DNA of 38,130 bases from an uncultured archaeon (GTDB lineage: Archaea; Asgardarchaeota; Lokiarchaeia; Sigyniarchaeales; SOKP01): contig CAZALK010000023.1 of NCBI GenBank assembly GCA_964486045.1, positions 1 through 38,130 on the forward strand. The letters run 5' to 3'. The notes beneath the pieces were generated by a model, which made no database searches, was not told the origin of the DNA, and saw only the letters and a program-made list of their open reading frames with translations. The position numbers and the translations under genes are program-made. Of this stretch, positions 1 through 8,005 are shown piece by piece (positions within the stretch are counted from its first letter, which is position 1; each line of letters begins with the position of its first letter).

Positions 1-97
1 AGAATGGTAAAAGAATATATTCATGTGTATGAAAAAATTTTATCTAAATAATTTTAACCACACGTACAAAGTGTACTATAAGATCTCCACCAGACTA

Positions 98-345
98 TTA
101 AATTTTATTATGCAGACTTTTAAGAAAAGCATCAATTCCATCTTTATTTTTAACATATTCACCGTTATATTTCATTACAGCGTGAATCACTCTACCATAA
201 CTTGGTGAATTTAATTGGATCTCTAGTACATTATCAATAAAAATAAAAATATGCAAATTTCGACCAACTTTTTTTTCCCAACCACTACTTAATATTATTC
301 CCATTTTAAGAGATTCATCTTTATACGTATTTACAATATTACCTG
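98..345 (-). pseudogene. 3' remnant of an unknown gene, truncated at a junction near 345
   Basis: ORF track 98..391. Its first ~15 codons are the antisense of the open frame of the giant + strand gene. The portion below ~345 is markedly more AT-rich (241-300: 15/60 GC; 421-480: 27/60 GC). Confidence 0.4.
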
Positions 346-3300
346 GGATCCACAATACAGCGAAGAATATTATTATGCCTATCGCGACCAAGATTCAAAC
401 CTTCAAGACCTCTTTGAGTATTACAACCCACACATCGACACTTTCAGATATCTCTACATCTCATGGGCAGACCAAAACGCATGGAACGAATGGCACACCA
501 TCGAAACCCCTAATGTAAATATTAGTACGCTTGATATAACTTTTGAGTGGTATAATGAAGTCTTAGAGGAGTATCAATCCCTAGTATATGATCAATCGCT
601 CAATGAATTCGAGGCACGGCATGTCGCAATTGAAACTATCTATCCATATAACTCAGGAGGAGATACTGATACACTTGATTTATCACAAGATTATACCAAC
701 GCCCAAGACCTCGAAATCATGACGATAAAAGGGTACTATTTCAACGAATCTGGAATCGATTTTGATCAAGCAATGTCTAATTTACTTGATGGAAAATCAG
801 TTCAAATTCAAGCTCCAAATAGCATTAGTTTGAAAAATTTCGAGAAAATTGTTGTCTATCTTAACTTTACTGAAGGCGCCTATTCAGATTACACTCAGTT
901 TAAACTACTCCAAAACGCAATCGATAATCACCCCGAAGCACCCTTGTGGACCAAAAATGACAGCATCTATGTTGATTACGAATACAATGATATTGATTAC
1001 TTCTTACTCATGGAAGATTATGCGGTTGGCTCCGATGATTCGCTTTTTGAACATCTCGATTATGTAAGAAATGGCAATTTTGTCACCTATGATACCTTAG
1101 GCTCTGAATATATATTCAATAAAAATACCCAGATGGCTGATTTCGATAATTTCACAAGACATGATGATAAGAGAACCGTGCTTGAGTTTTGTGACTCCAA
1201 TCTCGACGGACAACATGAACTGGTTATTCAGAAGGATGATATCAATGTTGACGGCGTTTATGATGTCTTTAAGTATGGCCAAGTGGACACTTCAGGTGAA
1301 ATAGCATTCCATACCACCTTAATAAAAGTAGAATCTACTAATGTAGAAACGCAAAAGAATGGTGAAACTCGAAAAAGTAAAGTTTACACTACTGGTTCAA
1401 GATGGCGGAAGATTAAAGACGGTAGGATGCAAGATTCTGATTCGCCCGTTCTTGCTCAAAGGATTATAATGACAAACACTACAACTATAAGTCAAACTAC
1501 CAAGACAACGGTTGTAGTTCAAAAAGATCTTGACTTGGATGGAATTATCGATAAGGATGTGACATTCGAGGCTACAAATGTCTTTTCTTCATCAACCATG
1601 TTTACTACCGAGACAACAAACTTCTTTGAGATAGTTCCTACTATAATCGGCACTATTGTAGAATACAGAAATTCAACAATCGTCGCTTCCGATAAATCTC
1701 ATACCTTTATCTTCAGAGATTATGAAGACGGAGAAGTAAACAGCACACGTATATACGATGATGTCTTTCCAAATGAACTTTCCGAAAAATACAATTTAAA
1801 TAATTACCTTGAGACTGTTTACAATGATGGAAATGATGAAGATCCTTCGAACGACCTTGTGCTCCAAGCACCCGCAATGGGAAGCTTACTGAGTTTCAAA
1901 CATACAACTGATGATGTACCTGCCATTTTCGACCGTAGAATAACAATCAATAGTCCTGCAGTAATAGACAATATTTTAGATACTTCAGTCACTATTTCAA
2001 TTCCTGATTCAAGAACCGGGTTAGATAAGACAACCGCCACGCTTGATGTTATTGAGGTCATTCCTGAGGATGGAAAAGTAATAATTGATGGCAATCCTCG
2101 AACAAGCCCCAATAAAGTTCAGATTGATGGAGGTAGATATCTGCATTACTCATCTGCTCAAAACGGTGTGTATGACCAAGTATTTGTACTTGATGAAGAT
2201 AATAACGTATTAGCAGTTTCCATGGATTATGATTATAATTTCCGTGTAGAACCCAATAAAAAAGTATTTACGGAGAAACATATCATGTCCACCGAGGTCG
2301 TAGAAGGGGATGTAGAGTACTTAATGGCTGATTCTCGAGTGTATCTACGAGACTTTGATAGATATGATGGATTTTCCTTAGATCCAACATTTGCCGATTC
2401 TTTCTACGATATTTGGAAAATAGCTTATACTTCAAGCACGAGTCAATTAATAAAGGAAGTGAAAGCGATTACATCTAGCCAGTTTGTACAATCTGTTCAG
2501 ACGAGAATTGTAGGAGATGTAGTATGGCAAGTTGCATCCCAAATGATAGCATTTGCTGTTTCTTCACTTCTTCATGCTATACCTGGTATTGGTACGGTTT
2601 TGTCTGGTCTGGCTTATGCATTAGTTTACGGTCTTTTAAATGCTGCTAAATCATGGCAAGAGACAATAGCAAATGAAAATATTATCGCATCGCAGACACT
2701 CAACAATGAAAACTATGAGGGAGAGATAACACTTTCTTCTAAGGGGGCCTATTCGGACCTATGGGGTGGTACACTACCCAATATCGTTGGATTTAGCACG
2801 GCAGGAGTTTATACTGACATACGATTAGAAGTAGATAAACACATCTTCAAAGGTAACATGTTGCTTGCTCCAAAGGGTGTTCATAAAACAGACTTTTTAG
2901 GAATGAGAAATATACCAATTTCACTTGATTACACAAAGCAGAAAGGAGGATATATTATATATTCTGACTTTAATGATCCCCGTTTAGCTCCTTACATCGA
3001 TCCAACACCCCCTGCACCCGGATTGTTGTTAGGCACGGCTGGTATAATAAGCTATGCTCAGCAAGTTGAGGCCTACAAAGCCAGTTTAGATACTGATGTT
3101 ATTTACATGGCAAATACCATGATATTTCTAGAAAACGCGATTTCCAAGCAGACCAATGGTGAGTACTATACTGTCTATCCATACATGATGTCAAGAGAAG
3201 GAACTTTTGTACCTACATATCAATTTTCTGGATTCAATAGCAAATATCCAACTCCAGAGTATTACCATGACTATCCCGTATTTGTAGATGAGGAACATTA

Positions 3301-6300
3301 CTCACAGTTTGAAAACGAATATAGCATTATATATAAAATATTTGATATTGAGAGTACTAAAGAGATTCAGCTTATCCCTGACGATGGTGTTCACGCGATC
3401 TATAGTGATGTCGCTGAGATCGATGTTATATTTAGAGATACTCAAGGACTTAATATACCTCTAGGACCTTTCAAGGCCTCTGCGGGATTATTTACTTATA
3501 ATGAGTTCACAGGTATCTTAACTATGGGTGATGTGTTATACAATGATCTTCACGGACAACTAACCGCATTATTTAATAGTTATTCCGGAGTGCAAGATTA
3601 TGATGCATATATTGTATTGCAGGTTAATATAGCAAAATATCGGTCTATGAGTGATCTCCAAGGAATGACTCAAGAAGAAGTAAATCACATTGCCACCATG
3701 CGAGCTATAGAACAATCCATCTTAGAATATACTTATCAGTTCAAGCACGCTCAGGCCACTCAACAGGGTTTATCGGAGATGTTCTACACAGTTCTTATTA
3801 CAACTATTAGTACAGTAATTACTACTATTGCCACACTGGGGATAGGTGCTATTGCGGGTAAGCTTAATACCGCCACATCAAAAGCTCTGACAGCAGAATC
3901 TAAAGTATCTGGTGAAGCATATAAGAACGCTGTTAAAGCCTTAAGTTATACTGAAAGCCTAATCAATAATTTAGCTTCGTCAATAACATCAGCATCTTTC
4001 TTAAGTGTCATCTTATCCCCTATCACAGAGTCACTCCAAGAAATATTCGTCGATCCTTTCTTAGAGACCATCGTAGCTGATATAGTTGCGAAATCAGGAG
4101 GGAACATCTTTTGGCAAGTACTCGCCAGTAGTTTAGTGGAGGGTGGAAGAGAAGCGCTCACGGGCTCAATGTCCCAATTCCTCTTTAGTGGAAATACTCA
4201 ACAAGATAGTCAAGGCATGGTGGAGACAGTACACAAGGCTCGAATAGTTCAATCCGACCAGAATGCCGTTGAGACTTCCCTTGAGAACAAGAAATATTCC
4301 CTCAAAGTCACTCCGAAACTAAGCTCAATCATTAAATCTGGAGCATCCCTTATACTCGGGGCAGCGCTTATCGGTATTGGCGGACCTATGTTCTTTGGCG
4401 CTACTCTTGCTACCGGGTTTGTCGCCCTCCAATCAATTTCCCAAGATGTGAAGATCCTAAAAATAATTACTCATAATATTGTTTCCGAACAATTGCCAAG
4501 TGATTATTATCTAAATGATGTTATAGCTGATAGTACTACTGCTTTAATCAATGAAGGAATAAAAGATGCCTTAAAGTGGGCTCAATCAAGTTCACCAGCA
4601 AAAGATAGTGTTCCAAATTTACCACAAGAAATGATTGATAATTCAATGAAATTAAGAATTGGATTACCTATTGGTATGACAAGTCCAATAAACGTTTATT
4701 CTGGAAAACCATTATATTTTATGACTCAAGACGGTGATCCTAATAGAATAGTAGATCTGCAAAACCGTCGACAAACATCTCCCGAAGAGGTTTTGATAAA
4801 GGAGATTGCTGATGTATTTTTAGAAAAATTATTGATTACTGTGCCTGCCACTAGATTAAGAGTTGAGTTAAGAGCCCGAGGTATAAGGGGATATGCTGCA
4901 AGGGGCATTACTCAAGAGGGTTTAACTGACCTTGTTTTAACCAATCTTCCAAGAGAATTATTGGTTCAGGAGATTTTTGGCTGGAGTACAAGTGAAAGTA
5001 GATGGAATATATTTAGAAGGAGTGCGCAGATTTTTATTGAATTGAGCCAAGGATTTTATACTTTCGGTGATAAAATATTCTCAAAGAAGTTTAATAATGA
5101 AGGTGATTATACAGGTGGTATATTGAGAGCAGACACAATTGAACAATTAATAGATTTAGTCGAAAACCTTCAAGATGATACATTACATCAGAATGACAAA
5201 AAAAAGCTTCTAGATGGATTTAATCAATACCTTCAATCCAGAGGGCTTAGGAATTTTCAGCAAGTATTAAATAAACCAGAATGGGTCCTAACAAAATCTC
5301 TGCAGAAAATCTTTTCTACAAAATTAGGTAGAAGGATTAGTATGGATGAATTATCTAGAATGATATTTGGGGAGGATTATAAAAGTTATTTCAGAGATCA
5401 TTTCTCAGGAACTACAAGAAATCGAGAATTTAAACCATCTAATGTAAAGATAATCGAGACATACTCTGAACAACATTTAGGAACCGCTGAATTGGCGACA
5501 ATTAAGACTCTAATCGATACATGGAGAGTGCTAAGAAATGATGTAGCTTATGGCGCTCCTACCAATAGTCCAAAGCAACAAGATATTAACCTAATAAATT
5601 CGCTACGGGATATTTTAACACCTCTCTTTAATGATAGACCTCCAAATAACTTAGAGTTAGGCAAATTCTTTGGAAAGAAAAACCTCTTCGCCGACGTATC
5701 AAACTTAGGGATATATAGAAAGTTCAAGGTTAAAGATATCGATTTCTTGGTAGATGTAATCCGCGATAAACTAATCCCTAAATCCGTTTCAGGCTCGTGG
5801 GATAAAGCTACCATTGCTAAGAATGCATTAAAAGATTTGGGGAATTTTAGAGCAAAGTTTTATTTAAAAGAGGAGTCTAGAATGCTAACACGGCAAGTTA
5901 CTGGGCTGTATGACCAATATGGATACCCCGTTGGATGGAAGGGTTCAAAGATGCGGAAATTACAAACTGAAATTCTCTGGTTGCAACAACGTGGAAGATG
6001 TGCCATTTCAGGTGAAGAAATTGTTCTCGGACGTGATAAAGTTGCCCGTCATCACATCGAATTTATTAATTCAAAAAGCACAATAAAGGATTTAGTATTA
6101 GTTAAGGATAAATATCATGGGGAAATTAAAAAGCATTCAGTGAAACAAGGTTGGATTAATAACCTGCTTCTAGCTAAAAGGAATTTCGAAAAGGGTCGCC
6201 CAGCAGAGCACTGGGACAAAAAGGATCGTATAGATTTTAGTAAACTTTCTTATGGAAGAATTTTAGATTCAGGAATTCTTAAATTAGTTAGTTTATGGAG

Positions 6301-6325
6301 AGCTGATTTACGCCACTATGTTTAA
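293..6325 (+). CDS. Giant multidomain protein, 5'-truncated: acidic stalk with DxDxDG motifs, three hydrophobic segments, basic C-terminal region ending in an HNH-like nuclease (polymorphic toxin-like)
   Basis: The 719..6325 ORF (1868 aa) stays open upstream to a TAA at 290-292, and reads as protein from ~341 (TWDPQYSEEYYYAYRDQ...) with no start codon. Motifs: DSNLDG, DINVDG, DLDLDG; hydrophobic stretches at ~2519-2640, ~3779-3860 and ~4343-4430; C-terminal QQRGRCAISGE..ARHHIEFIN..DLVLVKDKYH. Confidence 0.8.
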   Translation, partial: YYSHFKRFIFIRIYNITWDPQYSEEYYYAYRDQDSNLQDLFEYYNPHIDTFRYLYISWADQNAWNEWHTIETPNVNISTLDITFEWYNEVLEEYQSLVYDQSLNEFEARHVAIETIYPYNSGGDTDTLDLSQDYTNAQDLEIMTIKGYYFNESGIDFDQAMSNLLDGKSVQIQAPNSISLKNFEKIVVYLNFTEGAYSDYTQFKLLQNAIDNHPEAPLWTKNDSIYVDYEYNDIDYFLLMEDYAVGSDDSLFEHLDYVRNGNFVTYDTLGSEYIFNKNTQMADFDNFTRHDDKRTVLEFCDSNLDGQHELVIQKDDINVDGVYDVFKYGQVDTSGEIAFHTTLIKVESTNVETQKNGETRKSKVYTTGSRWRKIKDGRMQDSDSPVLAQRIIMTNTTTISQTTKTTVVVQKDLDLDGIIDKDVTFEATNVFSSSTMFTTETTNFFEIVPTIIGTIVEYRNSTIVASDKSHTFIFRDYEDGEVNSTRIYDDVFPNELSEKYNLNNYLETVYNDGNDEDPSNDLVLQAPAMGSLLSFKHTTDDVPAIFDRRITINSPAVIDNILDTSVTISIPDSRTGLDKTTATLDVIEVIPEDGKVIIDGNPRTSPNKVQIDGGRYLHYSSAQNGVYDQVFVLDEDNNVLAVSMDYDYNFRVEPNKKVFTEKHIMSTEVVEGDVEYLMADSRVYLRDFDRYDGFSLDPTFADSFYDIWKIAYTSSTSQLIKEVKAITSSQFVQSVQTRIVGDVVWQVASQMIAFAVSSLLHAIPGIGTVLSGLAYALVYGLLNAAKSWQETIANENIIASQTLNNENYEGEITLSSKGAYSDLWGGTLPNIVGFSTAGVYTDIRLEVDKHIFKGNMLLAPKGVHKTDFLGMRNIPISLDYTKQKGGYIIYSDFNDPRLAPYIDPTPPAPGLLLGTAGIISYAQQVEAYKASLDTDVIYMANTMIFLENAISKQTNGEYYTVYPYMMSREGTFVPTYQFSGFNSKYPTPEYYHDYPVFVDEEHYSQFENEYSIIYKIFDIESTKEIQLIPDDGVHAIYSDVAEIDVIFRDTQGLNIPLGPFKASAGLFTYNEFTGILTMGDVLYNDLHGQLTALFNSYSGVQDYDAYIVLQVNIAKYRSMSDLQGMTQEEVNHIATMRAIEQSILEYTYQFKHAQATQQGLSEMFYTVLITTISTVITTIATLGIGAIAGKLNTATSKALTAESKVSGEAYKNAVKALSYTESLINNLASSITSASFLSVILSPITESLQEIFVDPFLETIVADIVAKSGGNIFWQVLASSLVEGGREALTGSMSQFLFSGNTQQDSQGMVETVHKARIVQSDQNAVETSLENKKYSLKVTPKLSSIIKSGASLILGAALIGIGGPMFFGATLATGFVALQSISQDVKILKIITHNIVSEQLPSDYYLNDVIADSTTALINEGIKDALKWAQSSSPAKDSVPNLPQEMIDNSMKLRIGLPIGMTSPINVYSGKPLYFMTQDGDPNRIVDLQNRRQTSPEEVLIKEIADVFLEKLLITVPATRLRVELRARGIRGYAARGITQEGLTDLVLTNLPRELLVQEIFGWSTSESRWNIFRRSAQIFIELSQGFYTFGDKIFSKKFNNEGDYTGGILRADTIEQLIDLVENLQDDTLHQNDKKKLLDGFNQYLQSRGLRNFQQVLNKPEWVLTKSLQKIFSTKLGRRISMDELSRMIFGEDYKSYFRDHFSGTTRNREFKPSNVKIIETYSEQHLGTAELATIKTLIDTWRVLRNDVAYGAPTNSPKQQDINLINSLRDILTPLFNDRPPNNLELGKFFGKKNLFADVSNLGIYRKFKVKDIDFLVDVIRDKLIPKSVSGSWDKATIAKNALKDLGNFRAKFYLKEESRMLTRQVTGLYDQYGYPVGWKGSKMRKLQTEILWLQQRGRCAISGEEIVLGRDKVARHHIEFINSKSTIKDLVLVKDKYHGEIKKHSVKQGWINNLLLAKRNFEKGRPAEHWDKKDRIDFSKLSYGRILDSGILKLVSLWRADLRHYV

Positions 6326-6766
6326 TTAAAGACCAACAAGTTTCGATCTTCGGTCTAGCCATAATTTTTTTAACTCCTCATTATTTATTTTTTCATTTGT
6401 TAAATACTTATTTAGCACTTTTCCCCAGAATTTTACTTTACTCATTCTGAGCAAAATTAATATATCTTTAATCTTATCAACTAAATGATTATAATTCATC
6501 AGATTTTTCATATAATTATTAATAGTGTCCTTAATAGCAAGGTCGGTACTTAAATCATCATCTGCAAAAAGTCCAAAAAACAATTCTACCGGATTGAATT
6601 TCTCAATTAAAGGAAGTTTAACTTCCGATTTCAGGATTTTAAAGATTTCAAACAAAGATTTTTTTCCCAAATCTGAGGAAAATAAAACATCGCTTTTTTC
6701 TTTTTTTTTTTTTGCATGCTCTAATGGTATTGCTTTTAACCATATCTGAAAATCTGTTCCATCCAT
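6326..6766 (-). CDS. Hypothetical 146-aa helical protein, convergent with and abutting the giant gene (candidate immunity protein)
   Basis: ATG-started ORF. Its stop is directly adjacent to the giant gene's stop (TAATTA at 6323-6328). No recognisable family. Confidence 0.6.
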   Translation of the reverse strand: MDGTDFQIWLKAIPLEHAKKKKEKSDVLFSSDLGKKSLFEIFKILKSEVKLPLIEKFNPVELFFGLFADDDLSTDLAIKDTINNYMKNLMNYNHLVDKIKDILILLRMSKVKFWGKVLNKYLTNEKINNEELKKLWLDRRSKLVGL

Positions 6767-6867
6767 TAATAAACTAATAAACTTTCTGATTTAAAAAACT
6801 CACTAAAATTTAACAGTTCGATCTTTTAAGTTTACTAGTAGTGTATACTAGTTTTAAAGGGGAGGGT

Positions 6868-6876
6868 AAAAAAAAA
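6868..6876 (-). terminator. Oligo-T (archaeal-type) terminator downstream of the full-length roadblock CDS
   Basis: Run of 9 A on + (T9 on -), about 12 nt past the TAA at 6888-6890. Confidence 0.45.
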
Positions 6877-6887
6877 TGTTTATATAT

Positions 6888-7380
6888 TTAATCAGGCGTG
6901 AGTTGGTCGAGATCTGATAAATCTAAGCCACTATCCATTATATCCGGTGATTCAGCTAAGAATTCGTCCAGAATCTCCTTTAATTCGTCTCCGGAACGTT
7001 TCAGGATTAACCTAATTAGTCCAATGTTGATGTCCGGGTCTGAGATTAGCGTCAATACCCCTTGTAACTAATGGAAGGTAAGTCCTTCACATTTTAGGTC
7101 CGCAGCTTGACGCAAAAATTTTCCCACCGATGAACTCCGAAGTAACTATTTCTAAATTACCAAGTTCCAAATTCTTTCCTTGCTCTTCGCTCGCACAGAA
7201 CACGGCACTGGCGATTGCGCCAATTCCATCCACGTCAGCGGGAAAGTAGGAAAACTTCGAAACACTTGCAATAGTTAATCCTGTTCTATCTACAAGGATT
7301 ACTTTTTTAATACCACTTTCACTTTTAATTATTTTACTAAGAATATTATCGAAGCTTTTGGTGTCAATACTTATGCTCAT
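6888..7380 (-). CDS. Roadblock/LC7 (MglB/LAMTOR-like) protein, 153 aa, split by a 31-nt insertion: exon 1 7380-7095, exon 2 7063-6888
   Basis: The N-part GIKKVILVDRTGLTIAS..IGAIASAVF..LGNLEIVTSEFIGGKIFASSCGPK is typical roadblock. After removing 31 nt the frame continues GVLTLISDPDINIGLIRLILKRSGDELKEILDEFLAESPDIMDSGLDLSDLDQLTPD*, supplying the last strand, the NIGLIR helix and an acidic tail. AAGGTG lies just before the ATG. Confidence 0.9.
7064..7094 (-). other. Candidate 31-nt pre-mRNA intron with relaxed bulge-helix-bulge geometry
   Basis: Minus-strand sequence AAATGTGAAGGACTTACCTTCCATTAGTTAC (boundaries can slide 2 nt with the same product). Inner hairpin AAUG-U-GAAGG/CCUUC-CAUU. Flanking exon inverted repeat GCGTCAA (7049-7055) / TTGACGC (7107-7113). 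Confidence 0.65.
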
Positions 7381-7613
7381 ACACCTTATTTAATATTTTT
7401 TGTATTGTGATTTTTAATATAATAATATATCAATCAATCTTTAAAACTATTATAATCATATGAATTTATAAAATTATCTTTTTAAGATATGTCATAGGAA
7501 ATTAAGGAAAAACAAACTTTTAGGTTCTACTAATATATTCCATATATTAAATTAGATATGATTTTATATGTACGGATAAACAGAAATTAACAAATAAATA
7601 GAGTACGGTTTTC

Positions 7614-7778
7614 TTGAGGTATGAGATTGAGAAGAGATTACATCGAGTTAAAATAGACATGCATAATGAAGATGTTAATTGCCAATATGGTAAAGACTGT
7701 AATAAAGCTGAAAAATCATTCAGATGTAATATTTTTCATGATAAATGTTCTATATATGCTAATTTTGACACTAAATAA
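7614..7778 (+). CDS. Small 54-aa four-cysteine protein (C-x5-C-x8-C-x6-C), possibly metal-binding
   Basis: Hand translation from TTG 7614: MRYEIEKRLHRVKIDMHNEDVNCQYGKDCNKAEKSFRCNIFHDKCSIYANFDTK*. Below the ORF-track cutoff. Confidence 0.5.
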   Translation: MRYEIEKRLHRVKIDMHNEDVNCQYGKDCNKAEKSFRCNIFHDKCSIYANFDTK

Positions 7779-8005
7779 TACATGAAGATTATTACCTATT
7801 GGTTTTAGAATTCTGAATTAGAAAGGATATAAGGTATTTGGTTGAATTTTTATGGTTTTATAAATTTATATGATTAAATTTTTATACTCCATATCCCCAT
7901 TATTAACCTATATTTATCTGATATTATATCGTTTTAATAACGTTATTATTGATTTTAAGGAAAGCAATAGAAAAGAATTCTATAAATTAAGATAATTGTG
8001 TTAAT

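Noticed and set aside
346-391. Signal peptide/TM (MVAIGIIIFFAVLW) on ORF 98..391
   Set aside because: It is the antisense reading of the giant gene's open frame upstream of 719.
719-6325. Intein/Hint domain, RHS repeats or group II intron maturase in the giant protein
   Set aside because: No Hint block motifs, YD repeats, or RT YADD motif were recognised; only the HNH-like segment resembles an En domain.
7087-7089. TGA read as selenocysteine, or simple readthrough/frameshift in the roadblock gene
   Set aside because: Readthrough gives a non-roadblock peptide ending at TAG. A +1 shift at AAAA meets TAG (7068-7070) before the conserved part resumes.
7061-7090. Spliceosomal-like GT...AG intron in the roadblock insert (GTGAAGG...TTACAAG)
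   Set aside because: It is 30 nt long. Removing it stays in the wrong frame (KMGIDANLRPGHQHWTN*) and does not restore the roadblock C-terminus.
7066-7091. Alternative BHB register using the perfect CUAA/UUAG helix
   Set aside because: Canonical cleavage in this register removes 26 nt, which leaves the gene out of frame.
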